Shown here piece by piece: positions 41,299 through 55,755 of a DNA stretch of 64,000 nt. Position 1 is the first letter of the stretch, and each line of letters opens with the position of its first letter. The notes under the pieces were generated by a model. It was not told the DNA's origin and did no database searches. It saw only the letters and a list, made by a program, of their open reading frames with translations. This DNA is from the human T2T-CHM13v2.0 reference genome, Homo sapiens. The DNA lies in assembly GCF_009914755.1 (NCBI RefSeq), contig NC_060934.1. The stretch is one strand, 5' to 3'. The translations under genes were made by a program, and so were the position numbers.

Positions 41299-41403
41299 TT
41301 TTTTTTTTTTTTTAATTATACTTTAAGTTTTAGGGTACATGTGCACATTGTGCAGGTTAGTTACATATGTATACATGTGCCATGCTGGTGCGCTGCACCC
41401 ACT
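41299..41403 (-). mobile_element. ~105-bp L1PA2/L1HS-like 3' end
   Basis: poly(T) then ctttaagttttagggtacatgtgcacATtgtgcaggttag...gctggtGCGCtgcacccACT, young-subfamily diagnostic bases. Confidence 0.88.
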
Positions 41404-41865
41404 TTTCTGATGCTCCAAGCTTCCTTCCTTTATCTTTCTGTTTGAAGAAGTTCTTTTAACCATTATTTAAAGAGAGACCTGCTAATGACAAATTCTTTTT
41501 TTTTTTTTAATTTAAGAATTTTTTCCCTCTTAATTCCTGAAGGATAGTTTCACTGGAGGTAGAATTCATACTTTACAGTTCTTTTTCTCTCCAGCATTTG
41601 AAAACAGTTGTGCTACTTCTTTTGGACCTCCATGGTTTCAGATGAGAAGTCCATTATTATTAAAATTATTGTTTTTCTAGGTAATTTGTCATTTCACTCT
41701 GGCTGCTTTCAAGGTTTTTTTCCTTGTCTTTAGTTTTTAGAAGTTTAATTATGAGGTGTCTTGGCATGGATATCTTTGGGTTTAACCTATTTAAGATTTA
41801 CTTAGTTTCTTGAATCTGTAAGTTTATGTCTTTTACAAAATTTGGAAGTATTTGGCCATCATTTC

Positions 41866-42098
41866 TTTTTTTTTTATTATACTTTAAATTTTAGAGTACA
41901 TGTGCACAATGTGCAGGTTTGTTACATATGTATACATGTGCCATGTTGGTGTGCTGTACCCATTAACTCGTCATTTAACATTAGTTATATCTCCTAATGC
42001 TATCCCTCCCCCCTCCCCTCACCCACAACAGTCCCTGGTGTGTGATGTTCCCCTTCCTGTGTCTATGTGTTCTCATCGTTCAATTCCCACCTATGAGT
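41866..42098 (-). mobile_element. L1PA4-like 3' end, ~230 bp
   Basis: gtgcaggtttgttacatatgtatacatgtgccatgttggtgtg...tcatttaacattag. Confidence 0.9.
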
Positions 42099-42242
42099 TT
42101 AAAAACTCTGTAAGCCCCATTTCTTTTTCTTCTCCTTTTGGGATTATGGTGCTACAAATGTTGGATCATTTGTTATTGTCCTAAGGGTCTCTGAGACTCT
42201 GTTCACTGTTTTCTCTATTTTTCATATTGGATAAATTTTATT

Positions 42243-42440
42243 TATTTTTATTTTTAATTTTTTGTTTATTTTTATAATTTTAACTTTTATTTTAGATTCA
42301 GGGGGTGAATCTCAATGCAGGTTTGTTATGTGGCTATATTGCATGATGCTGAGGTTTGGAGTATGATTGATCTTGTCACACAGGTGTACTGAGCTCAGTA
42401 CCCAATAGTTATTCACCCCTTGCCCCACTCCCTCTCTCTT
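42243..42440 (-). mobile_element. Older L1PA/L1PB 3' end
   Basis: ttttagattcagggggt...tattgcatgatgctgaggtttgg; perfect 13-bp TSD gataaattttatt (42230-42242, 42441-42453). Confidence 0.85.
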
Positions 42441-42606
42441 GATAAATTTTATTGTTCTGTCCTCAAGTTTAACAATTCTTTCCTTTGTCATTTCCACTCC
42501 GGTTTTGAGCCTATCCCGTTAGTTTTTATTTGTTATTGTAGTTTTTTTTTAACTTTTTTTTTTTTGCTGAGATATTTTTGTTTGTTTCAAGATAATTTGT
42601 AATAGT

Positions 42607-43260
42607 AGTGAGGTTGCAGAGAAAAAGGAATGCTTATACACTGTTGGTGGGAGTGTAAGTTAGTTCAACCATTGTGGAAGACACTGTGGTATTTCTCAAA
42701 GACCTAAAGATGGAAATACCATTCAACTCAGCAATCCCATTACTAGGTATATATCCAAAGAAATATATTAATAAATTATTCTATTATAAAGACACATGCA
42801 CATGTATGTTCATTGCCAGCACTATTCACAATAGCAAAGAATCAATCTAAATGCCCATCAATGATAGACTGAATAAAGAAAATGTCGTACATATACACCG
42901 TGGAATATTATGCAGCCACGAAAAAGAAAGAGATAATGTCTTTTGCAGGGACATGGTTGGAGCTGCAGGCCATTATCCTTCACAGATTAACACAGGAACA
43001 GAAAACCAAATACTGCGTGTTCTCACTTATAAGTGGGAGCTAAATGATGAGAACACATGGACACATAGAGGGAAAAAATGCACACTGGGGCCTATTGGAG
43101 GTGAATTGTGGAAGGAGGGAGAGGATCAGGAAAGTAACTAATGGGTACTAGGCTTAATACTTGGGTGATGAAATAATCTATACAACAAACCCCCGTGACA
43201 TAGATTTACCAATGTAACAAACCTGCACTTGTACCCCAAAACTTATAATAAAAGTTAAAA
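42607..43260 (+). mobile_element. Older L1PA/L1PB 3' end, sense
   Basis: ORF2 end plus 3'UTR: ttctcacttataagtgggagctaaatgatgagaacacatgg...aacaaacctgcacttgtacccc and A-rich tail. Confidence 0.9.
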
Positions 43261-44290
43261 ATAGTTATAGTTACATGTTGGAGTATTTTTATCATGGCTA
43301 CTTTAAAATTCTTTTTAGATAATTTTAACATCTGATCCATTCATCTCAGTGTTAGTATTACTTGATTGTCTCTTCTCATTCAAGTCGTGATTTTTCTTGT
43401 TGTCGGTATGACAGGGAGTTTTTGATCATATCTTTACATTTTGGGTTTCATAGTGGGAGTCTCTGGGTTCTATTTTAAATCTTTTATCTTAGCAGGTAGT
43501 CACCTAGTTTGGGTTTTGCATTCAGGTCTTGTGGTGAGATCTCTCTTTGCAGTCTTAGGCCTTGTGGGGAAGGGGAGTGCTTTCCCTGCATATTTACTGT
43601 AAGTAGTATTTGGCAGGTCCCTTTTGCTAGGGCTGCCAGGGTCATCTGGTTTTGTCCATTGGACTCGTGTTCAGTTTGGCTAAGGAATAAGCCTACCCAA
43701 GTAACCTTTTGTTCTAAGGATGGGGGTTGAGAAGTGCTGGGCCTCAGTAACCTTCTTCTGTTGGGTGAGTGAGTGTCATGAGACACACATTCTCCAGTCC
43801 CTAGCCAGTCTGCCTTCGTCTTTACACTTTAGATTTTTTCTTTGGTTGTCTCTTACACAGTTTCTAAGGTCTGTGGGGGGAGCAGGGAAAAATCAGTCTA
43901 CACTATCTTGTTCCACTTATTAACTTTTAAACTTTTGATGTGTTATTCAATTTTTCTAGCTTTGAATTTCCTAATTTGTAAAGAAGAGATAGCAATAATA
44001 TAACCCTCCAAAGATTATTATTAAATGAGATAATGAGATAGTTACTGAGAACTGTGCTCTATTAGAGAATGATGCTGCTGTTGATTGCAAGGTTGTTTAT
44101 TGCACCATTGTTTCTAAGGGCAAATTGAAACCCAAATGAGTAACAAAGTAGAGTTATTTAAATAAATTGTATATTATCAACACAATGAAATTTAGCTCTT
44201 AAAAAAGTAATAAATGGGACACAGAATGATGCCCCAAATGTCTTGTTAAGTGAAACAGTAGTTGCAACATAGTATTTTTAGTACAAATAT

Positions 44291-44292
<2 letters not shown>

Positions 44293-44340
<48 letters not shown>
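44293..44340. repeat. (AC)20 microsatellite followed by (AT)4
   Basis: Read directly. Confidence 0.95.
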
Positions 44341-44341
<1 letters not shown>

Positions 44342-45959
44342 AACATATCTATCTAAAAAACATGTACATGTGTTTTATGTATACGAAAATATTCAGAACT
44401 GTAGTTTGAAAATAGTCTGTATGTAACAAATTGTGAAATGTACCTCTAGGTAGTGGGCTGGGGGAAAGGGTAACTTTTACATTTTATACCTCTTAATTCA
44501 ATATTTTTTGGTAAGGATCAAGTTTATCTTTATTAAAAGGAAATGAATAAAACTATGAAAATCTTTTAGTTCAAATATATATATATATATAGTTAAGTGG
44601 TTAAAGAATATTAATCAAATTATTTCTGATAAGTTGTCTTTTACTTCATTTTTTGGAAATTACCTCCAAAACGTAATGCCTGTTAGTTACATATGAGTTC
44701 CGCAAAGTTTCTTAACATAGATTAAGTACCAGTGGCTTGGATGACTTTTTTGGATATTTCTATTTTTTATGATCATTGTAGAATCATTTTCTTTACTACC
44801 TTAGAATTTTGTAAATGCAAAGAATTTTTAAGCATTATCATTTTCTATTAGTTGATTTGGGTATTTTCAATGAGCTGACTAGGATGCCACATTTTAGGTG
44901 GCTGGTTAGAGGAATGATGGAGATGTGATCTATATGCATATTTAAAAACAAATGACAGATTTTTATATAGCTGCTTTTTATAATAAATTTTCTAAGGCCA
45001 AGAAATTGTGGGTTTTTCGTATGCATTTCTTAAAAGCATCCCTTGCATATGATTGGTGTTTTTATTAGTGAAACTGCATTGGGAAATGAATCTATTGTAG
45101 ATACAGCAAGCAGAGTGGGATTTTAATATCGGAAATTAGTTACAAAAGTGTTAGAAGGACTAGAGATACCAAAGGGAAGGGATCACCCAGAAATCCAGAA
45201 GTGCTACATACCTAGGCTGGAGCCTATGATCACATTTGCCACTGAGCAACTAAACATACCAGTTTTGCTACTGAGCAGGGAATACCTATTAAGCCAGCAC
45301 TGCCATTACTTACTGTAATTGCCTTCCTGTTCCTGCTGCTAGAGGCAAAATCAGAATCTTTCCTCTTGCCCTTTAATCTCATACTAGTACTCCCATTGGT
45401 GGAACCTAATGTAACACAATTGTCAAGCGAGTCTTGGAAATTTTATTGTTTAGGTTTTCATCCTCTGCAATACAAAGGACTTTATAAAAAGGAAAGTGGG
45501 GCTTATAACCAACAAATAAAGGACCAGCACAGTACTAAAAATGTGTTCAATTAATTTTAGATTTCTAAGGGTAGGGATCATATCATTTTATCTTTATAAT
45601 GTCAGTGACTAACTGTCACATAGTAGGCTCTCAAAATATTTGTTAAAAATTTTTTTCAGAGCTATTTATGTAATATAAGAATAAAGTTTTCCTTTTTCTC
45701 TTGCAAACACATAAAATGTTCTTTTTAGTATTTCAGAGTTTAACTTCATCTATGGAAAGACCAGTGTTACTCAACTTCAAACCCAGCACCTAACCTGGCA
45801 CATACTTAATAAGTGTTTCTTGATTAAATTAATATTAGATATACAATGTTTACTCATAAAAATATGTCATTAGAATTAACTTGTTGGTATTTTGGTGATA
45901 TATTAGTTATATTTAAAAATACTACTTGAAATTTATAATGTATTTTATTTCTGTTACAG

Positions 45960-46143
45960 CATCAAACACTTGGCTTGTTCCAGAAACTAAAGGAGCTATT
46001 GTACAAGGTGGATATGGCCATACTAGTGTGTATGATGAAATAACAAAGTCCATTTATGTTCATGGAGGGTATAAAGCATTGCCAGGGAACAAATATGGAT
46101 TGGTTGATGATCTTTATAAATATGAAGTTAACACTAAGACTTG
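45960..46143 (+). CDS. ATRNL1: ATRNL1 internal coding exon (kelch repeats; probably exon 9), 184 nt, phase 1 to phase 2
   Basis: Acceptor tattttatttctgttacAG at 45958-45959; donor GTGAGT at 46144-46149. Translation (S)SNTWLVPETKGAIVQGGYGHTSVYDEITKSIYVHGGYKALPGNKYGLVDDLYKYEVNTKT(W); in frame with exon 1292-1547. Confidence 0.95.
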
Positions 46144-47340
46144 GTGAGTACACAAAATAACACATTTTCTATGTTGCCATTATTATTGTAAATGATTGAC
46201 TTTAAAATGGTTTCTGACATAGAAATACTTACTTTATATGCATTCATTGTAAATGCTGATATCGTCTTAATTTCAGATGAGTAATTTTGTTTACCAGTAT
46301 GACTTCGATATCATCTGTTCAGGGATTTGTTCTTCTTTGCACTCATATTTTATTGTCATCTGTAAATTTTAAAAAGCATTTATTTAGTTTCATCATCTAA
46401 CTTCCTGTGAAATACAGAGCTTGTGGCATTTAGGTAAATTTTCACCTTTTGTTGTTATAAACAATGCTACACTGCACTTCTTGCACTGATCTTTTCATGT
46501 ACATATTTAAGAGTTGCTCTAGGGTGCATACTTAAAAGTGAGATTTTTGTATCTGAGAGTATTTATATCCTCAACTTTATTACATGTTGCCGAAGTGCTT
46601 TTCAAGTCACTGTGGTAATGTGTATATACTTCCACCAACAGGGTATGTGTCCCTGATCCTTCATGTTCTCACCAACACTTGAAAATTGTGAGAATTTTTA
46701 CTTTTGCCAAGGTGATGGGTGTGAATAGTATTTTAATGTGCATTTTCCTGATTAGTATTGTAAACATCTTCTTATGTGTTGATTTCCTATTGTTTCCTGT
46801 TTAGTGAATTGCCTACTCATATCCATAATATTCTCTTTATGTTTGAAATATTATTAATTAATTTTTCATTTATTGATTTTTTTGGTTATAGAAGTTTTAA
46901 AATAAAATTTTTGTTCTAATTTTTCTTTGTAAAATCTGGGAAATGACTTTTTTTTCTTTTAAGACAGTATACATTCTTTTAAACTTCTAGCATTAAGTTA
47001 CTTTATGTGATCAAAGGAAATACACAGGTTTCCATCAAATCATGATTTGTTCTACCCTCTTCACTTTCATACATATATCCTAATTTCTACTTTTTAAAAA
47101 AATATAGAATTATAACACCTTTTTTCTTTTGGTAATTTTGATAATTCTTATTTTTAGTCTAATAAAATGTAGTTTTATTCTTTATATTTTTATATTCATT
47201 TTTATTTTGTATAACTCATAAATAGCATCTTCTGTACATTTAATATTTGTAAATTTTTCTCTGACATTTTGCTATGTTAGCAAGTGGAATTGTGGTATAG
47301 TGATGAAGGTACTATCAGTCTGTTACACATTTTAAACATG

Positions 47341-47651
<311 letters not shown>

Positions 47652-49217
47652 TAAAAATATTTTTTCAATGCTGTGTCATACCAAAAGGGAAGAATAACTT
47701 CTGTATGAAGGAGGCAGTATAGTTCACAGTAATAATAATGGGTATAGCAATGCTCAGGTAAGAAGAATCTTAATGAAAGTGAATGGATAAGAGAGCAGAA
47801 TTGGATATTATTTGTGTAAAGTCAAAATGAGAGATTCAGTTGTTGCTCACTACTTGAATAAAATTTTGTTAAATTTTCCATGATTTTCTACCTGAAAACT
47901 TTACATAGTGAAAGTTTTGCCTAGATGAATATTATTGTCAGCCCTGGCAATTTTAGTATGTGCACAAATGGCACTGGATATTTATATGTAAAACAATTTA
48001 CTAAAATAATTTGTAAATTATTTTAAACACCTCATTACAAATATGTTGTAGATGTATGATGCTTTAATATTTTAATGGGTCTTAAATTTCTTTAAACACA
48101 CAAAGTTATCAGTGAGCACTAATTGATTTTTTCATTATCCTTAAAATTTGTAGTATTCTTTAAGCTTAGATCTTTTTTAGCATATTTGTCAAGTTTGCTA
48201 TTATATATGGATTATGTCAGTGGTCCCCAACCTTTTTGGCACCAGGGACTGGTTTTGTGGAGACAGTTTTTCCATGGACCCAGGGAGGGGAGATGGTTTT
48301 GGAATGATTGAAGTGCATTATATTTATTGTGCACTTTATTTCTATTATTTTTATTACATTATAATATATAATGAAACAATTATACAACTCACCATAATGT
48401 AGAATAAGTGAGAATCCTGGGCTTGTTTTCCTGCAACTAGATGGTCCCATTCTGGGGGTGATGGGAGACAGTGACACCGAAAGTGTTTTGCCTATGTTCA
48501 GTCTACTCCATAATCTCATTTTGGTTGCTGTCACTGCAGAAAACTCTGCTCCACGAAGACAGGATGCTGGAAATAGAAGCAGGCTTTTTGGTGCTTTTGT
48601 GGCAATCTCAGGATATTCTGCCTTGACTTTAACTCACAATGTATAGTGATTTGAAGTTGTCTTAAACATACTTTTAAGGCTACTGTCATTTGCGATCTCA
48701 TGCAGTTGATCCTCTTCTAGCATGGACAAAGTCGATTCACCTGGCTTACTCGCAAATGGGTCGCGTATCCATTCCTTCCCAGTTTGGGGTCTTTTTGAAG
48801 TTGGGAAGTAATGCTGAAATTCTTTTGTAAGCTGTAATAGTTGTTCATGCACCAGCTGGGAGAAAGATGGTGCTGGGAGAAAAAAATCTCTTCCAATGTT
48901 TGAAACATGTCAGAAATTCGAGAGTTTACTTGTCGCCCCCATAATTCCAGTTTGGCATTGAATGCAGCCACTTTACCTGCCAACTTGAATGCAGTTGTTA
49001 TTCTCTCCTGAAGTGACAGAATGAGTTTCTTGAGCAGGTTGAATATGTCACACAAGTAAGCAAGTTTTGCAACCCATTCTGTGTCACTGAAATGTGCTGC
49101 CAGTGGTGACTGTTTTTCTAAAAGAAATCTCTGCAGTAGCCCTTGTAAGTTGAAAACTCTGACCAGTGACCCACCTTTAGAAAGCCACCTCACTTCTGTG
49201 TATAAGAGAAGACATGC

Positions 49218-49623
<406 letters not shown>

Positions 49624-49883
49624 CTAAATATTGTTAAGTTCAGGTGACATTTTTCGCCTAGCCAGCATTTCTCTATTGATGACACAGTGAGTAGACTCAC
49701 ATTCAGAAGCAACCTCTTTGACCCAAGCAGTAAAACCAGAAAGCTGCCTAGTCATGGCAGATACTCCATTTGTGCGTATATTGACAAAAAATGACCAATT
49801 CAGTTTTCCTGATATGTAATCATTCAAAGATTTGAATACTTCTGCAGCTGTTGTGTTGGTTGTCAACAAAAGTTCACATAATA

Positions 49884-50192
49884 GTCTGGGCATGGTGGCT
49901 CATGCCTGTGATGCCAGCACTTTGTGAGGCAGAGGCAGGTGGATTGCTTGAACTTAGGAGTTTGAGACAAGCCTGGCTAACATGGTGAAACCCCATCTCT
50001 ACTAAAAATACAAAAGTTAGCCAGGCATGATGGCACACACCTGTAGTCCCAGCTACTTGTTGGTCTGAGGTGGAAGGATTGCTTGAACCTGGGAAGTGGA
50101 GGCTGTGGTGAGCCGAGATCGTGCCACTGTCCTCCAGGCTGGGTGACAGATTGAGACCCTGTCTCAAAAAAACAAAAAAGAGAGAGAGAGAG
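49884..50192 (+). mobile_element. Alu (AluJb-like) inside Charlie3, A/(GA)n tail
   Basis: ggattgcttgaacttaggagtttg, ggaaggattgcttgaacc, gagaccctgtctc; TSD aaaagttcacataata / aaatgtgcacataaca. Confidence 0.9.
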
Positions 50193-53100
50193 AAATGTGC
50201 ACATAACATATCCTCGTGCACAGCCTCCTGAAAAATATATTGCACAAAAACAAACGTTTTATTGTCAACATCAGTTGACTCATCAACCTGGATTGCTTAC
50301 CAAGGTGACTTATTAATTCTCTCTAACAATTGTGCCTCAGTATCCTCTGCTATTTCATCAATTCCTCTAGTTATGGTGCTAGCTGAAAGAGGAACACATG
50401 TCACCTTTTGAACTGCAGTCTCTCCTAAAAGACTACAAATGTCTTCAGCAATAGGCAGGATCAACTCTTCATCAATAGTAAAGGGCTTCTATGGTTTAGC
50501 AATGCTGTTAGCTACTAAGAATGATGCTCTTAGTACAGACCCATTTGATGAAGTGGTGGCTTTCAATAATTGCTTCGGCTCTTCGTGTTCACTTTTTTTC
50601 TTTTGAAAAACTCCAAAGGCTTGTTTTTTAATGCAGGGTGCTTGGTCTCCTTGTGGTGAAGCAGTTTTGAAGGTTTCATGGTTTCATTGGATGGCTGGTT
50701 GCAACGTATTGTACAAAGTGGACTTGGAGAATGTGAATCACCTGTTGTAATGAACCCGTAATTTAAGTAAGACTCTTAGTATTTTCTTTGAAATGCAGCT
50801 TTCTTTTTGTTGGCAGTCTAAGAGTCTTCTGCTATCTCATCATTCCCCCTTTTCAAAGAAGCTCTCCAGTGATGTTTGTTTTTTACTCAGTTTGGCTAAG
50901 GTTTGTTTGTGGGCTTACCAAAACTGTAACTGAAACAAGTGTGCAGTGTGGGAAAGAGGTGTGGACAGAAATGGTAAATAAAATAATGGGGGGGGGGGGG
51001 GCGGGGTCAGGCAGTGCCCGCATGGACTAAAATAAGTATTAGATTCTGCCTTCAAGCTTGCTACCAGATGCGACTGTAAAATTGAAGTACATCATCTCAC
51101 TTGCCACTATAAAGCCTGCTACCAGATGCAGCTTAATTATCACTTGCCACTCACTCACTGATAGGGTTTTGATATGAGTCTGCAAGCAATTGATTTATTG
51201 TGGTCCCTGTGCACTCAAACCTCTCTGCTAACATTAATCTGTATTTGCAGCCACTCCCAAGCCCTGTCATCATCACCTCAGCTCCACCTCAGATCATCAA
51301 GCATTAGATTCTCATAGGGACATGCAACCTAGATCCCTAACATGTGCAGTTTACAATAGGGTTTGCACTCCTATGATAATCTAATGTTGCCACTCATCTG
51401 ACAGGAGGTGGAGCTCAGGCAGTAATGCGAGTGATGGAGAATGGCTGTAAAGACAGATGAAGCTGTGTTTCCTCACTTGCTACTCACCTCCTGCTCTGCT
51501 GCCTGGTTCCTAACAGGGTGTTGAGAACCCTGGGATTATATTGTATAGGATGTCACCATTATGTGTCCATTATGTATCAGTATTATGTATCCACTGTATA
51601 GACTGATATTTATTTTTTACCACCTCAGAACTGGTTTCGGTTTTTAGTAGATATGGTTACATAGATAGGGCACTTTGTTGAGATACTAGGAAATGTGTTT
51701 TGAGGACTTATTCTTTTTCAGTGGTGAAATGAATTCTTTTGGACTGTTACTTCCCCTGAGAAAAATTAGGAATTTTATTTGCCTAAAGCATGAGAGAACT
51801 ATCAAAACCATGAGAATTTGTCAGAGATTTAGGAGAGGTACAATGTCAAGGGATACAAGACAGGCATTTTGTGTAATTTTAACCTTGAGACAGTTAGAAA
51901 TCCTGGAAACCTCCTGAGACACTGAGCAGTCCTTTTGTCAGCCATTACAGAGGAACAAAATTAGATATCCAGATGTGCCAAGGAAGAGGAGCCTTGGTAC
52001 ATACTTAAGGATTTAGTCTGGCCCCTGAGATTCTAAACCCTACTCGTGATAATTAGCCCACCTTTGAATCATCATAATCTTTTATTAGATTATGGTGAAA
52101 TGCCCATAATGTAGTTAGATGGCAACATAAAAAGTAAATACTTTATTGAGTGAGATAACATCATATGGAGGCTTAAAGTATTTCTTCTATATATCATATA
52201 CAATATCTGGCACAAACTAAAAAAAAAAGCTCGGAAGAAGATAAGATACGAAAAAACAACATCCGTTAGAAACATACATATAGGATAATGGAGTGTTTTA
52301 GACACAAACTTTAAAATAATTATTGTTATGTTCAAGGAATTAAAATTTAAGGTAGAGAATATTAGGACAGGCCTGGATACTCATACTTATGAATCAAATG
52401 GAAATTCTAGAACTGAAAAATACATTGAGTAAATTAAGAATTCCTTGGATGGAAATAACAGCAGATTAGACACAGCTGAAGGGGGAAATATGAAATGGAA
52501 GAGAGATCAGAAGGAAACATCCAGAAGGAAGTAAAGAAAGACAAAATGATGACCAAAAAAGGACAGAAAGAAATACAAGGAAGATGTGGAAATTGTCTAA
52601 CCCACATGTGTAATTGGAATCCTAAAAAGAGAAGAGTGAAGACAAATGTGTAACATTATTTTAAGTGATAATGAATAAGAAATTTTCAAAAGTGACAAAG
52701 ACATCAAGCCACAGATTAAAGAAGTTCTGTGAGCACCAAGGGGCATAAGTACAAAGAAACTCAGAAATATTATAGTAAAACTGCTGAAAACCAAAACATG
52801 AAGACAAAAATTTCAAAGCAGATAGAGGAAAAAGGGCATATTTCCTTTAAAGGAAAAGCATGAAGACAATTAATTTTTTAACTGAGGAAATGGGATCCAG
52901 AATACATGTTTTCAAATAGCTTAAAGACAATAATCATCCATCTAAAATTCTACATAATTAAATATTCTTAAAAATGTAAGCAAAATAAGAGCATTTTTAG
53001 AAAAACAATGACTGAGATAACTTGACAGTAGTAGGCTTTCGATAAAGGAAATACTAATTACAATAAGTGCTATTGAAGTAGAAGAAAAATGATCCCAGAT

Positions 53101-53261
53101 ACTGGATGGAATGTAATGAAATTATAGAGATGATTCTAAATGACTATCATATAAAGCTATAGTAATAATAGTGGCTTGCATATACACAAAATTTAAATGC
53201 ATGGTCCTAATAGCACATAAGTCAGAAAAGGGGTAAATTAGTGTTAAAAAGTCTGAAAGTT

Positions 53262-53581
<320 letters not shown>

Positions 53582-54107
53582 TTAAATATTCCAGTTAAAA
53601 GCCAAGAATTTTTGGATTGGATATAAAAACAAAACTTAGCCATCTGCTGCTTAGAAAAGATAAACCTTAAATAAAAATATTTAGAAAAGTTGAAAGTAAA
53701 AGGAAGGCATAACAGTTCTTAATTTATATATAATTTATAACAGTGTTGAAATAATGTAAAATTGACCAAACACAAGAGACAAAACATAGTGAGATGTTTT
53801 TAACCCAATTTTCTTGGTAACTGGTAGTACCAGGAGACCAAAAAACCGGCAAGAACATAAAACATTTGAATAGGACAATGAACAATTTTGTCTCACTTGA
53901 TATTTGAGAGCATAATACCTTATAATTGAAGCATATACATGGTTTCCAAGAACAAAGGAACTTTCCCGGAATTTACTATATTCTGGGTTTTAATGCAAGT
54001 CTTAACAAATTTAAAAGGATTAAAATAATACAAATTAATTGACCACAGTGAAATAAAAAGTAACTTTTTGGTGATTACATAAAAATAATAAGAAAAACCC
54101 TAATATA

Positions 54108-54146
54108 TATGTGTATATATATTTATATATAACATATGTGTATTTA

Positions 54147-54203
<57 letters not shown>
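54108..54203. repeat. Compound (TA)n/(TG)n/(TA)n microsatellite in an Alu tail
   Basis: Read directly; lies between the Alu poly(T) and its TSD. Confidence 0.9.
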
Positions 54204-54221
<18 letters not shown>

Positions 54222-54513
54222 TTTTTTTCTTTGAGACAGACTCTCACTCCGTCACCCAGCCTGGAGTGCAGTGACACAATCTCAGCTCACTGCAACCTCT
54301 GCCTCTCAGGTTCAAGCAATTTTCCTGCCTCAGCCTCCTGAGTAGCTGGGACTACAGGCATGTGCCACCACGCCTGGCAATTTTTTTGTATTTTTAGTAC
54401 AGATGGGGTTTCACCCTGTTAGCCAGGGTGGTCTCAATCTCTTGACCTCGTGATCTGCCCACCTTGGCCTCCCAAAGTGCTGGGATTACAGGTGTGAGCC
54501 ACCGCGCCTGGCC
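54204..54513 (-). mobile_element. Alu (AluSc-like)
   Basis: gttagccagggtggtctcaatctcttgacctcgtgatc; TSD aaaaaccctaatata (54093-54107) / aaaaaccctagtata (54515-54529). Confidence 0.95.
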
Positions 54514-55755
54514 AAAAAACCCTAGTATAATTTTCATACTGAAAATTTTCATACTTAAAATTACTGAATGATGACACATCAAAATGCATGTGATTCAGCT
54601 AAGGAGGGGCACTTATAGATCTAAATGCATTTATTAGAAATGATTTTCTAAAAGTCTGAAAATCAGTAGTCTAAGAATCCCCTTGAGAAGTTAGAAAAAG
54701 AACAGCAGACTGATCCCAAGAAAGGATAAAGAAAATAAAGATATAATAAAGGAAAGGAACATGAGATAAGAGCATGAATTAATGAAATAGGAAACATGTG
54801 ATAGAAATGATCCATAAAGCCACCAAGACTCGACAAAGTTGGTTGTTTTTAATAGTAATAGATAAATCCCCACACAGACTTAGAAACAAAGATTACTTAA
54901 ATAATCCATGCCAAGAATGAAAAGGGATATCATGACAGATCACATAGAGATTAAAAGTTAGTAAGAACATATGATAAGCGACTCTATGACCGTAAATTTG
55001 AAAAAGTAGATGAATTATGACAAATTTCTAGAAAAACAAAACTTACCAGAATTGACACATACATGAACATTGAAATAATCTTATGTCAAATAACTAGAAT
55101 TTTTAATTGAAACCTTGTTGCCTCAAAATACAGAAGCATACATACAGATGAACAAATAAAAACAAAACAAAACAAATTCTCCAGGCCGTGATCACTTTAC
55201 TGGTGAATTTTCCCAAATATTTAAGAAATAAGCATTTAAGAAATAAATAACATCAATCTTTCACAAACTTTCTGGAAACAGAAATAATTATGTTGAGATT
55301 TATGAGGCCAGCATAACCTTGATATAAAAATATGAAAAGGATGTTACAGGTAAGGAAAATTTTAGTATTGTCTTTTCCATGGACGATTCCAGCAATTTAG
55401 AAAGAAAATAATAGATTATTTGGGTTCATTCAAAGAATATAATGTTACTTAAAATTTATAAAATTTGAATAATTAAGAAAATAGAGAAGTAATGGTCTAT
55501 AATCTTGAAAGATGCAGAAAAAAGTATAGATAAAATTTATCATGTATTTATGATAAAACCTCTGGTGAACTAGGAATGGAAGCAAATCATTTATGTGGTA
55601 AAATGTACAAGGACACATGAAAACTTTACTGCAAGCATTATGGTGAAATAGAGAAAGCTTTCCCTCTAAGATTGGGAATGGGATAAGGGTGCTCGCTGTC
55701 ACCACTTTTATTCAACATTGTATTGGAATTTCCAGCCAGTGTAATAAGGCAGATT

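Larger units (their letters stand above)
40390..43900 (-). mobile_element. Old antisense L1 (L1MC/MD-type) fragments hosting four younger L1 ends
   Basis: L1MC-like 3' end (aagaaataatgaaagtgattctgtataccctttac) followed by antisense ORF1/5' region motifs (ctccatggtttcagatgagaagtc, ctctggctgctttcaag). Confidence 0.65.

Noticed and set aside
43484-43923. GC-richer ORFs of 67-100 aa
   Set aside because: Probably within the 5' region of an old antisense L1; no homology or exon signals recognised
45080-45530. Possible ancient LTR fragment upstream of the second exon
   Set aside because: Only vague resemblance; termini and family could not be supported
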